Source of the DNA: Klebsormidium nitens
Taxonomy: Eukaryota > Plantae > Klebsormidiophyceae
Reading direction: 5' to 3'
DNA length: 64,000 bases
Assembly (NCBI GenBank): GCA_000708835.1
Contig: DF237024.1
Location: forward strand, 124,001 to 188,000
The position numbers and the translations under genes are program-made. Below the pieces are notes generated by a model. It was not told the DNA's origin and ran no database searches. It saw nothing but the letters and a program-made list of their open reading frames with translations. Below are positions 11,542 to 23,395 of this stretch, one piece after another; position 1 is the first letter of the stretch; each line of letters starts with the position of its first letter.

Positions 11542-12756
11542 ACGGTACAATCCCGGTACAATGTGTTGGGCTGTACGGTTGTAAGTACGTCAATTTTGCC
11601 GCGGATGTGAAGCTTTTAGAGTGCGCAAAGTACGACAACGAAGCGGGGCAGTTTTGTTTCCTGGATGCCCACGACTTGAGGATTGATTTAGATGGCTTTC
11701 GAAAGATATAAAAGGAAAGGCACAAAAGCGCAAGGCCGTGCAATTCCGGTTTGCAATGATTGGCTAAACGAAGTAAACGACTGACATTGTTCGATTTGCG
11801 GGAATGGTACTAGTGACAAACGACGGTCAGGAGAGTTCCAGGATAGATGATCAAAAAAGACGACTCAGCTAAATAGTATAGTTCTACAAAGAGAACGGAA
11901 TTGCTTGCTTGTAACTTCGTGTAATCATTTTATTTCTACAAAAATTGCATACTACGTTCCATGCAAAATAATCACTTGACTTTTATTCCAGTGCTTGCAC
12001 GTATGACGTGTACAGTTTCGATCATTGAAAACTTCCGTAAGCTAGATCGACCACGATCGATCGATTATTTTTCATGATCGAGTATATATATCGGACATGG
12101 TAATCGTTCTAGTATAAATGAAGGTACGGTGTATGTAGATGTGCATGGCTTCAAGCTTGCGCAGGCTTTCCCCGGCGAACTTTAACGAAGTTATACGGAA
12201 ACACGTATAACTTTGGATCCGGGCGGCCATGACGCGTCAAATTGTCGGACCCATTGTTTGCATAGAACAGTGCAAACATGCAGTACAAAGTATGTGGCTG
12301 TAGTTATTGGATCAACGGCGCCGCATATGATTCCGAAAGAGAATATGAAATCAGTAGATTGAAGCGCGGCTAGTTGAATCGATCTGACCAACGAATGAGC
12401 TGTTGTGTCAACTGTCGGACTGGTGCGAAGAGACGTGATCTACAATGATTCCTCGATGCGGTTATAAGTAATTGAAGCAACACGTGCATAGAGATCACTC
12501 ATGGTGCTTTGTACTATAAGTTTATGCAAGTCTAACAGCTTGGATAAGCGAGTGGAGACTCAATGAATTCGGCGAGTCACCAATGCAATCATCGACGCTT
12601 CGTATTTGGATACCGTCAGATCTTCAAGTCTCAAGTACTTCCTTTTGATCTTGCACCATGCGAACCAACATGCTTAGCAATCTGCATGTACGAATTGAAT
12701 TCTCAATTTTATGGTCCTAGCTTAGCTCGAGACTAATCAGAGCAAGCGGGCCCACT

Positions 12757-14130
12757 TTACTCTTTTGGAACCAACTTCTCAGGAAGTTCCATCGTGATTA
12801 CCAGCTTGGGAAACGCACGCTGGAGGCCTAAAAGCCTAGACACAAGTACACCCGGGATTTCGTACTCCTCAACGCACGAATCCGCATGGACAATCAGCCT
12901 TTCCAACAACGGGCACCGCCTAACGTAAGCTTCTAGGAAAGCAACGCAGTCCTTGCAATCCTCAGTCTCCAAATAAAGCTTAATCTCTAACAAATGCGGG
13001 AACTTGAGGCCTTGAAAAACCCGCTGAGCTTTGTCCTCCGCTGAAAGGGTGGCCCCGTCGAAGGCGTCAATCACACAAGCCGAGAGGAAACTAGCAGGGA
13101 GTGCAATCTCCTCCACCCTGCCAACGTGATTAAAGAACTTCCTAGTAGCTGCTAGGGGAATGACCTCATCGACATCCACAGAGGGTACTTGAACCACGTT
13201 CAATGAGTCTGGCCGTGCAAACTCGAGAAGATTTGTGTACCAAGAGAAGGCCACTCGATTCTCAACCTCGTATGGAGGAGGCCAAGGAAGCTGTTCAGCT
13301 GTAAAAGCTATCAGATCCTGCTTGCCACCCAGATCAACCTCCAATTGGTTGGAGCAATTGAAAAGATAGAGCTCCTTAAGCGGGGAATTCTTGATGATCA
13401 ACGAGTCACCCAGATCCCCTATTGCCAGGACTTTCAGCTCCGGCATGGCCAGGGACACTCGAGCGAACCCTTCTCCAGAGGACCTCAAAGACATAATCTC
13501 CAGATTTTTGCTCTCAAGTGCAACATTCTTCAGACTGGAAACGCTTTCAAGGAAGAATATGCGCAGCTTTGTACACAAGGCGATCAAATTATGCAGAGAT
13601 TGGTCACTTATATCGATCTCCGACAGCTGAAGCTCCTCGAGCAATCTAAAACCCCCTTGACACCTTGAGATGGACTCGGTTTGCAGTGGGCACATTACGG
13701 ATCCTGGGAGGGTCAATTTCCTCAGGCGAGGGCAGTGGGACGCAATCTGTAGTTGCTTGTTCATGTCTGCCTTGTTCCGGCAGCCATAGACCATGAATTC
13801 TTCGACATTGTTCCTGACTGTAGCGATCCAAGCAACTACGTTCCCTTCGGTGAGCTGCTCCTCTCTCCTCACCAAGACTTTGACAGACTTCAAAGTCGAA
13901 GTCTTGCAGACACGAGCAAGCATGAGGGTGACACCCAGCTCAAAGTCGGCCATGCTTACGTGACCCAGGGCATTGGCATCAAACGTAAGCCCCTCTACTT
14001 GCTGCGCCAGCAGCCTGAATCTCCGGCAGCATACCGCTACTCGCTGTATGTCTCTGGCATCGTGAACTCCAGAGATAATCTGCGAGACCAAGCTATCCGG
14101 GAGCTGCTCAAAAAGATTGGCACCCCTCAT
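12757..14130 (-). CDS. F-box/LRR(RNI-like)/FBD-like protein, intronless
   Basis: Uninterrupted 501-codon ORF. The likely ATG at 14130 gives MRGANLFEQLPDSLVSQIISG..IQRVAVCCRRFRLLA (F-box), LRR-like repeats (CPRLRKLTL, LEELQLSEIDISDQSL, CTKLRIFFL) and a C-terminal RCPLLERLIV. Confidence 0.85.
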   Translation of the reverse strand: MRGANLFEQLPDSLVSQIISGVHDARDIQRVAVCCRRFRLLAQQVEGLTFDANALGHVSMADFELGVTLMLARVCKTSTLKSVKVLVRREEQLTEGNVVAWIATVRNNVEEFMVYGCRNKADMNKQLQIASHCPRLRKLTLPGSVMCPLQTESISRCQGGFRLLEELQLSEIDISDQSLHNLIALCTKLRIFFLESVSSLKNVALESKNLEIMSLRSSGEGFARVSLAMPELKVLAIGDLGDSLIIKNSPLKELYLFNCSNQLEVDLGGKQDLIAFTAEQLPWPPPYEVENRVAFSWYTNLLEFARPDSLNVVQVPSVDVDEVIPLAATRKFFNHVGRVEEIALPASFLSACVIDAFDGATLSAEDKAQRVFQGLKFPHLLEIKLYLETEDCKDCVAFLEAYVRRCPLLERLIVHADSCVEEYEIPGVLVSRLLGLQRAFPKLVITMELPEKLVPKE

Positions 14131-14527
14131 TGCGCCTCGTCTTTCAGAATTGTGCAGGTTGAAATGCAACGCGAATCTTGCAACAGGTGGTGGAAGACTG
14201 TTTGCAAAGCAAATGCAAGTACGCACAGTTTCGGCTTTCCGCTTACGATAGGGCGCTGCCAAGGGTCAGCGGAATCAAATCAAGACAACCGTTGTCGGCC
14301 AACTGGACCGCTTTTTAATACCAGCCAGAACCACAACGTATATTATAGGCGCCTAAAGGCTTCCAATCTACCGTTTTGTACTTGGTAACGGTACCGAAGC
14401 TACAAGCTGCGACTGGCGCGGAATTCGCGGTTCCGCAGCGGAACGTAGTCTCCTAAAAAGTCTGATCTACAAATTGGCACAACTTCCTAGCTCAGCTAAA
14501 ACTTGAAGTGCTTTTTGGAGGGCAGCC

Positions 14528-16914
14528 ATGGCTGCCCAGCGCATCTCAGCCGCCCTCCTGAGATGGAATGCAGCACGGGTTAGCATTCTCAAGTGCGTTC
14601 AGCTGGAACACATCTCGGCTCCCCTCTCACAAGTCTCTTTTGGCCAGCACTCCTTGGAAACAAGAGAAAACCAGCTGCGATGTGGTGGGGCGCAAAACGG
14701 CGCCAGCGATGCAGGTGCAAGCTGCGGGGTGACTCCTTCTTATAGCAATCCTGCACGTTCAGCGAGTCTGTTGAAACACTTGGATATGCCCTATCCCACC
14801 TTGATGTCTGGTTTCAATGTGTGGAAATTGTGGAAGCGAGCAGCAAAGGGCCGGCCATCAGCGCTAGGATGCGAGCATGGGGCTGCCAAGAAGTCGATGA
14901 CACCATTGCTTTTGCCAGGTTTGTCAAGAACGATACATAGCTCGAGTCAAAAACAGAACACAGAGCTGAAAGCTCGAACCTCCCAAGATGCCTTCCAGAG
15001 GGGTACACATACCACCACTTCCTATGGTAGAAGAACAGCGCCTGGCTTAGAGAAGGAGGCTTCCAAGACAAATCAAGTACCACTTCACAAGTGCGCAGTC
15101 AAAGATTCTCTCCAAGATGGAGACACGGTGCTTCCTTCCGATAAGAGCACGGCTTCATTTGATAAGCGCACCAGTTCTGATGATAAGGTCACAGAGCCGC
15201 TGCGCCACAGGGAGGTGAAGGCGGGAGACCGAGTAACATCAGCGGTGTGGATGCGTGAGACAAAGAAGCGGAACAAGGTGCTGGAGCCTGCTGTAGAGAA
15301 AATTATAGCAGTGCACGGGGAAGAGAAGCTGCACAAGTTGTTTGAGGATCTGCAGGCCAAGTGGCGCATGAACGGTGCGTCCGCTTGTGGCCGGATGATC
15401 TACTGTCTGAGGCGGCTGATCGACATGAAGGACGTTGATCGAACCTTATTGGTGAGGAGCCGCCCTGCAAGTATCCTTTCCGTTGTGTGCGTATACGTTG
15501 CTCGCATCCAGCTGATCTGTGCCTTTCTGTACTAAAGGCCGGGCAATCTGTGTCAAAGCCGTCAGGCCCTGGTAAACAGCAATTCATCAGCCACGACAGT
15601 TCTCTTTTCTTACTATCAGGATTCAGACCTGCCATTGTTGTTGTTGGCCAGACACTTCACCCTTTTCTCCCCTGGGAATTCTTCGCTGAGTTCACATAGC
15701 TCTGCAGTCATAGACCATTCGTCGAAGCTTCACTTTCCATTGGTTTCTGCAGTCTCATGTCTACAGTTTGCTCCTTCCAAGTTTGCCCCTGTTCTTGACG
15801 TCCCCTCCTCTGTTTGTCCCTTCCCCACTTTGTCGTGAAGCAACTTAGCTCGGACTTATTCGGGCATGTCTGCCACGCGGCTACTTTGAACATTCTCTGA
15901 AACCAGAGAAGAACCAGCGTTCCATGACAAATCGAGGCAAAGTGAAAGCATGCGCTTGAGAAAGAGTGTTTATGCCTTTCGTTCTACGCCCGCAGTTGAT
16001 GCGGTGGCTGTCGGAGCGCAGCCACTACAAGGACTCGCGCAAGCTGAGGGTGACACGTGGCAGGGTGGGGGAGATGCTCCAAACGCTGGGCCTGCCGGTG
16101 CCGCCAGACTGCGTCTACGTGCGCCCCGCCAAGAAGCCCAGTAAACCCACGTGGTTCATTGAAGGACCCCCGCTACACGAGCGGATCAAGAACGCGCCTC
16201 GGGAGCCCCATTGGACCGTCAGAGGGCAAGGGTAGGGGCATAAGCGGGCAGAGGTGGAGCATAAGCGGGCGTTTCTGGAGGAGCGGTGGTCCCTGAAGAG
16301 ACCCGAATGGGCATTCAATGGAGGTGGCCCGAAGGAGTGGCTTTCTGCATTCACTGCAGAAGTTCAAGAGCGGGCCGTTACTAAGTACTCCGTACAGGTG
16401 AGTACTGCGGCGAATTTGTCCTGATGGATGTCCGCTTGTGGGATAGAACCGCTTGGTGGGCGAATCCTTGTCTATCTTTTAGTCGTATGTAGAGAGGTGA
16501 GACGAATACCTGGACACATGAGTTGCGTCTCAGAGTCGGAAGGGGATAGCTTTTGGTGTATTATGACGAGTCTTGGGCGTTCTTATTGATGACCACTTCT
16601 GCCCGGGTTCCTCGTATTCAGCTTCAAACGATTGCGCAGACAGATTCTGGTCTGTGAGAAGTCTCAGTTCTTTCTGGTCAGACGTGGATCTTAAAGTCTG
16701 GACGCCGATCCGTCTACTCCTTTTGGAACAGTGCTTTTGCGGCTGATGCTGCAATTCTCAGAAGGGACCCCACCGAGTGCCATGTTATCCTTGTCCGGAC
16801 AACTGCTAAAGACGTGTCTCTTAGCTTATACGACTTTCTTCTGCTTTGCAGGCTTTTTTAACTCAAGATGGTTCCTTGGACCCTGGGCTTGCGCGTTCAC
16901 ACGAGTTTGGATGA
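14528..16914 (+). CDS. Hypothetical protein, probable organellar targeting peptide; in-frame TAG in exon 2 (possible pseudogene)
   Basis: Exons 14528-15451, 15996-16397 and probably 16852-16914, all phase 0. The N-terminus is R/A/S-rich and the mid-region is helical. TAG at 16233-16235 is followed by 54 more open codons and a CAG|GTGAGT donor. Confidence 0.55.
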
Positions 16915-18086
16915 AAGCCCAGCTCCCTGGTCAGCATGCCGTCCACAGCTTAATTCCATCCATAGCAAAAGCTCAGGCAGGCTGTACAACATACTGGTTT
17001 CAAAAAAGAGCTTTTGGGCGCTCTTCATTAAACTGGAGGTTTTTGAAGTATTCGTGCGATTGGCACATGTTCTTTCCGACTTTCCACCGTTCTCGTATGG
17101 TCTGGAACTTCGGGATGCCAGAATTTCGACGCTCATGCCTGGCCTCACGGCTGACTGGAATTATGTTGACGGTTAGTCCCCGGCCGCTCATCAATTGCAT
17201 ATTGACGTTCATCCCCTAGCTTGACCATCAAATGGATGTCCGCATTCGTTTGGTTGCCAGATGATACGGGCCCCATGACCGAAAATATATCTCATGGCGA
17301 AATGAGGATCGACATATTATATATTGAATGCATGGTAGGTGGCGCCAAAGTTGGTCATGCAACCCCGGCAAGTTGACTGGGCGCTTGAGCCGGAGTGACT
17401 GGATGTCAAAAGCATAGAACTGTAAGACACGAGTCGTCCGCGACAGCGATCGAACTAAGCTTTTCAATCAGTCACTCTACTCAGCCTGCACAATGCTTGC
17501 GCTCAAGTTTTACTGGACGACAAGAAAGAAACATGCGATTGTAGCTTCCATGAGCACCTGACGTCCAGATTGCAAAGTCTTGTACGTAGGGCAAGTTTCT
17601 GGTTCCGACGGCGTACTCTGACAGGAGCCATGCAGCTTTCAGAGTATGAAGTCCAGATTGTCCTGTCCATCTTTAATCCTCACACTGCGCTGCGCAGCCT
17701 TACATGACAAGTTCTGAATGGGCGCTATTAGCTCCTCAGTACCATGGGCGGTCATGGCTCGCTGCAGTGCGAAAAGCCCAACAGTGGCAAAGGAGCTGAC
17801 TGCGTCTAAGATGCGACCTTCCTGCAGATGACCGTCTGCGCAGCTTGCTTTCAAATTTATGTGGAGAAGTACATACAAAATCAGCCGCGGGCGGCCGCGC
17901 GTTGCGAAACCTCGCGGTTTTGGCGGCCGCCGCGGCCGGGGTTTGGGGCCGCCCCAGTGCGGCCGCGTGAGTCGCGGATCTGCGGGCTTCCTAGTTCACA
18001 AAGAGAAGAAAACCTTATTACAATTCATTTGTTAGACAACACAAAGGCTGGTTTCATCGAAGCAGGAGACTGCCAAGTTCGTGAAC

Positions 18087-19710
18087 ATGGCGGCCGAAGG
18101 TGTGTACAAGCGCTTTGTGAAAGTCGACCTCCTCATTGACGTGCCTGCTGCAGACGCCCCTGTCTTTCTGCACAGCGTGCCCGTTTTGTTCAGATCGGAC
18201 AACCCCAGTACTGACGTCCAACCGTCTTACCAAGATGTGGCAAACGCCATAACGAAATGAAGCTTCTTGCCTCCTCAAGTCCGGTTTGCTTTTTTGAGGA
18301 AAGATGGTTCTTCCGTCGAGAGTCTTCAAAACGAAAGGCTGGTGGAGAAAAAGGCTCTTCTCAAACTGACGAAGGTGGAAGACCTGCCACGAACGTGTAA
18401 GTCCTAGAAAGCCGCTGAAAAGGCGTTGAATGATAGGTTGCCGAAGTGCATCGTACTTCCTGATGATTGCAGACCAGATGATACAGTTCTATGTATCTGT
18501 GAATGTGTTGCTTGAAAAACATTACCCGTATAATCATTGTGCGCAGACTGAACATCAATCTTCTAGTCAGACCTTTGGAGTTCACATTATTCGCTGAAAC
18601 CAGTTTGTAGGATTCATTGTCCTACAAACCCTGTCAAAGAAAGCACACACTGGCATGGTTGCACTGGCATGTGACTTCGCTTGAATCTGCCAGCGTCACT
18701 GTGTGCCTCTAGTTAGAACATGTAAGATCAATAAGCAGCTTCTACAGCAGAGTCGTCCAGCGCCAGATGAAACGCTTTCTGACTGTTCAAGTCTCTGTAC
18801 TTCGGAGGCAGATGGCGTCAAAAAGTGCTGCGAGAATTTGGACATCATTTTGAACAAACACACAACCACACAACCACAAGGGCAAAGAATCTTTCTTGCA
18901 GATTTCACGCCGTATATCATCGGTGTCCCTAACCCGCCCCACGCGCCATCCATCTGCGAGAGCGTTAACGGCAGCGGTGCGCACGCCAGCATTGACGTGC
19001 ATGGCACTGCCACCGGCGTTGACTGCATCATGCCCAGGCAGAAAGCACTCGACCTCGGCCTCCAATGTCTCTTCGAAGACATCCTCGAGAACATGGACTA
19101 CTTTGGTCTCATCAAGTGCACGGTAGGGACTGCCTTCATATTCTGTGCGGCCCTTTGATGGCCTCCGACTTTCAGAGGTTGATAGCCTAAGGAAACACTC
19201 TTGAGACACTCACCTATGAAGACATACCAGCCAAGAAAGCCCTGGAAGTCTGAGACTTTGCTTCTTGAGAGTCAAATTGTCTAGCCTAATTTGTAGCAGC
19301 AATGTGTTCGTGGACTCCTCTGACTGTGATTGATCATCAAACAAATAATGATTTAAAAACCTGCCCTCATCTTCCAAATGAGCAGGCCAGCTTCGATGCA
19401 TTCTTAGATGTACGTAAGCTCGTGACACTTGGGATTGGGGCTTGAAAGGTTCTGCATATTTGTTGAAGCTGGCAACCCTTGGCTGCAGGTCCCAGAAGAG
19501 ACAATTCTGACGGGTCCAAGAGCGAGCGAAGGCCTCCTTCACGTCTACTGCAGCAGAAAGATGGTGCACGAGGACTTGCCTTTTATGGACAGAACGGTCA
19601 ATATTGGGGGCAGCGGGATGAGGAAAATGAAGCTCGGCTTTGATACTTTTGTGGGATCGGAGCCTAGTCATCTCAAGTGCCAATACATATGCTGCAAAGA
19701 GTCGGACTGA
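18087..19710 (+). pseudogene. Tandem paralogue A: 3-exon gene of unknown function (possible ubiquitin-like + retropepsin-like), in-frame TGA
   Basis: Exons 18087-18396, 18902-19122 and 19489-19710 have intact GT-AG sites. TGA at 18258-18260 aligns to GGG (Gly) in paralogue B. Confidence 0.7.
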
Positions 19711-20641
19711 TTGCCGGTTGTTCCCGTCGAACAGCTGATTCACCAGTACTTCATTTCTGTCTCTTAGATACGACACAACTGTCGTCTAGGCGGAATGAGA
19801 AGATAGCGTCCGTCGTACATGCACTTAGGACGTCTTAAAGGGATGAGTATCATGAGTAACCAATCAATTAAGCATAGATACAAGATCGAGGTACAACCGC
19901 TTAAAAAGATTTCCCAAAAAATGGAAAATGAACATTCCCCAGATTTCCGTTCCACATAGAGCACGTCTTCTCATGGGCGATGATAATAGGTGCACTACAG
20001 TAGATGGCACGTTGCGAACATTCTTAATAAGGGCGAAAAGGTATTGCAATGTTTGCATGGGGGCTTGCTTGCTGAAAGAGCAGACGGTATGTACTACTTG
20101 GCTCTGGCCTGCACATGATGCGTTTAGCTTATACAGCACATGATACCATCTTCGCATTGCGCCATGATTTATTTGCAGTGCACGAGGGATTTCCGAGTCG
20201 GCACCCATGGAACTTAAGGTGACAGTAAAAGTTCCGGCCAGTTTACAGTGTCAAAACCCGCATCTTCCTCTCGATCAGAGCAGACGAACTTACTGAGTTC
20301 AATGAACAGCATGACAGAGCTGCACTTTCTGCTCTCCCGTATATACTGGGTCAACTCTAGTTGACTTGCCGCAACAGACACTAATGCTCGCCAGATTGAG
20401 AGTGTGCTTGCCCTGGGCCCCGCGAGGCGCATATGCGCGGCGGCTTCGCGCGGCCGCGCATCCTGTCGTGGCTTGAGCGAGTGACCTGAGCGCGAATCTG
20501 CGGCTCATGCGGTCCCTCACACGCGGGTTGAAGAAGCGCGCAACTGCGGCCGCGTGGACAGGATTGAGGCAGTTTGAGACAGAAGCAAGTTTCTCGCACA
20601 GGCAAGCTTCGACCATTAAGCAGCGCACTAGGTTTGTGAAC

Positions 20642-22324
20642 ATGGCGGCCGAAAAGTTTTACAAGCGGTTTGTGAAGGTCGACCTCCTCATTGACGTGCC
20701 TGCTGCAGGCCCTGTCTTCCTGCACAGCGCGCCGGTTTTGTTCAGAACTCAACAACCCAGGTCTGATGTCCAACTGTCTTACCAAGATGTGGCGAACGCC
20801 ATAACGACAGGGAGCTTTCTGCCTCCTGAAGTCGGGCTTTTCTTTTTTGAAGGCAGATGGTTCTTCCGTTGAGAGTGTCCGAAACAAGAGGCTGGTGGGA
20901 AGGAAAGCTGTTCTGAGACTGACGAAGGCGCAAGGCCTGCCACGAACATGTGAGTCCCGGGAAAATGCTGAATGAGCTAAGAAGAAAGTTGTCAAACCTC
21001 ATCCTTATCTCTGATGATTGCAGACCAGATGGTACCGTGGCTTTATGTGCTCGTAAACGTGTTGCTTGGAGAACGATCACGCCCTTGATTTTGTTCAGGC
21101 TGAATTTGCTCAACTTGGCCGGGGACACCAGTCATTCAGGTAGACCTTAAGAAATGTCATTCTTATTGGGAACGAGTCTCCTACCGACTTTTTTGGCAGT
21201 CCGACAAGCCCTGTCAAAGAAAGCACACATGCATTGCACAGGCATGCGGCTTCGTTCTAACCTGCCAGCCTCACTGTGTGCCTCCAGATTAGAACATGTA
21301 AGATCAGGAGTCTGGGGCGCATAAAGCAGCTTCTACAGCGGAATCGTTCAGGAGAAAGCTTTTCAATGATTGCATCTCCTTATAATTCGGTAGTGAATTG
21401 CGTCAGAGGATGCGCCTGCTTTGGGAGTAGACCACCTTGATTCAACAAACAAATCACTGGGTACTTCTTGCAGATTTTACGCCGTACAGGATCGGTGTCC
21501 CTCACCCGCCCCACGCGCCATCCATCTGCGAGAGCGTCAACGGCAGCGGCGCGCACGTCAGCATTGACGTTCAGGGCACTGCCACCGGCGTTGACTGCAT
21601 GATGCCTAGGCAGATAGCGATGGACCTCGGCCTTACGTGTCTCTTCGAAGACATCATTGAGAACATTGACTACTTTGGCCACATCAAGTGCACGGTAGGA
21701 ACGCATTGTTCGCCCCGAACATTCTTGAAAACAGTAAATTCCTGGTTCGTCGAAATTTAGAAGCCAGTAGTACGACAAAACCTGGGAGTTGAGACGGTCA
21801 ACTATGGAAATCAAATGAGCAGAAACGTCCCGGGTACTCCTGAGAGTTTGCTTCCTGAGAGTCAAATCATCTAAGCCTGATTGCGTAACAGCAACGTGTC
21901 CATTACCTTCGCTGAACCGATTTGTGTGGATCACTGATCACGGGTAGTCGAAAACCAAAAGAAGCTGCTCTCATCTTTCAACTGAGCAGGTCATTCTTGA
22001 TGCGTTACAAGACACACCCCAGCTCCTGACACAGAAGATATTGGGGCGTTGCAACTTTTGAATACCCGCTTTTAACGCCCCTGGAAACCTTGGCTGCAGG
22101 TCCCAGGGGAGACGATTCTGACGGGTCCAAAAGCGAGCAAAGGCCTCCTTCACGTCTACTGCAGCAAGATGATGGTCCATGATGTGCCTTTGCTGGACAC
22201 TGCGGTTATTGTTGGGGGCAGCGGGACCAGCAAGATGAAGCTCGGTTTTCATACTTTTCTGGGATCGGAGACCGATCATGTCAAGTGCCAATACGTATGC
22301 TGCAAAAGATGGAACCAATCGTAG
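20642..22324 (+). pseudogene. Tandem paralogue B of the same 3-exon gene, +1 frameshift in exon 1
   Basis: Exons 20642-20949, 21474-21694 and 22100-22324. One extra base near 20837, beside T-runs, shifts the frame relative to paralogue A. The offset from A is 2555 bp, and intron segments are also similar. Confidence 0.7.
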
Positions 22325-23395
22325 CCTGTCTTCTTTGGAAGGCCGATCTACGGCTTATGGCTATAGCAACAACATGACTGAATCGCAGAGAATAGGATCG
22401 CAGCCATAAACTGCGCTTGCCAAGGGACAAGGACAAGTGAGCAACCCACGCTTCAAGTGTCAGTAAATTGGAGGAAGAGAGATTTTGGAACGGTCTTACG
22501 AAAGATGGAAGTGCGTCCGGTTAGCCAATAATACACAGATGCAAGCGATGATGGTGACTCTGCGCATCCTGGACAAGTACGCTTTTTCATTGAGTTAGCC
22601 ATATCCTTCTTCGTGATCTCCAATACCATTTCTGAAGTCAAGTAAGCACCAGCATACGCTGCGGTAAAGGCAGAACTGCTAGGCTCTTGCAACTCTATGC
22701 ACTATGCTCTATGCAAGTTGTCACTGTCGTTCGCGGGAATACATCTCGTACGCCGGACAATCGGGTAGTATGCAGCTGATCATGAGCATTGAACATTTCA
22801 AAGGCCATTTCAAAGCAGCCTAAGTTCTTACGGTACTCGTAACAAAGTATCAACGCTTCTCAAGGCTGATCTGGTGCTATTTACTGGTTCTAATCTTGCA
22901 CTTCGCATGAGCAGCCGCGCGTCGCATGTTACAAACGCTGTAGTAGACACATCCAAGTCAAGCAGATTGCCTTCTTTCATCATAATTACGACCACATTTC
23001 ACTTCACTTCACTTCTCTAGACAGCCTTCAACGGCCATAGAGATAACCATTGCGTGTTCGTTGGTAGGCGCTGTAAGCCTCGAGCAATGTACATCCGTGT
23101 TGAAATGGGAGTTCCTTCGAGCTTTGTACATCCGTGTCCACAGAAACGTTCTGCTTGTAATGTGTCCCAAACTTTTGGTCGTCAAGTAAGGAAGCCATGC
23201 GAAATGCGGAACTACGATGCAGTTCCCTTTCACAAGCTTTTTAAGCCAACCAGGATTCTAATTGCTCGTGCAGTCATAAGCTCTTCCGCTGTCTCTAAGG
23301 TCGTACCAGCTTATCGAACTAATTCTATCATCAAGCTTGTACGGCAACGAATGCCAAACGCTTGATCTTACTACAGCCGCTCCTCCTTTACCCGC

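Noticed and set aside
13753-14388. 211-aa plus-strand ORF
   Set aside because: Antisense to the F-box gene, with no protein-like features.
18258-18260. In-frame TGA as selenocysteine
   Set aside because: It aligns to Gly (GGG) in the paralogue, has no redox-motif context, and no SECIS was recognised.
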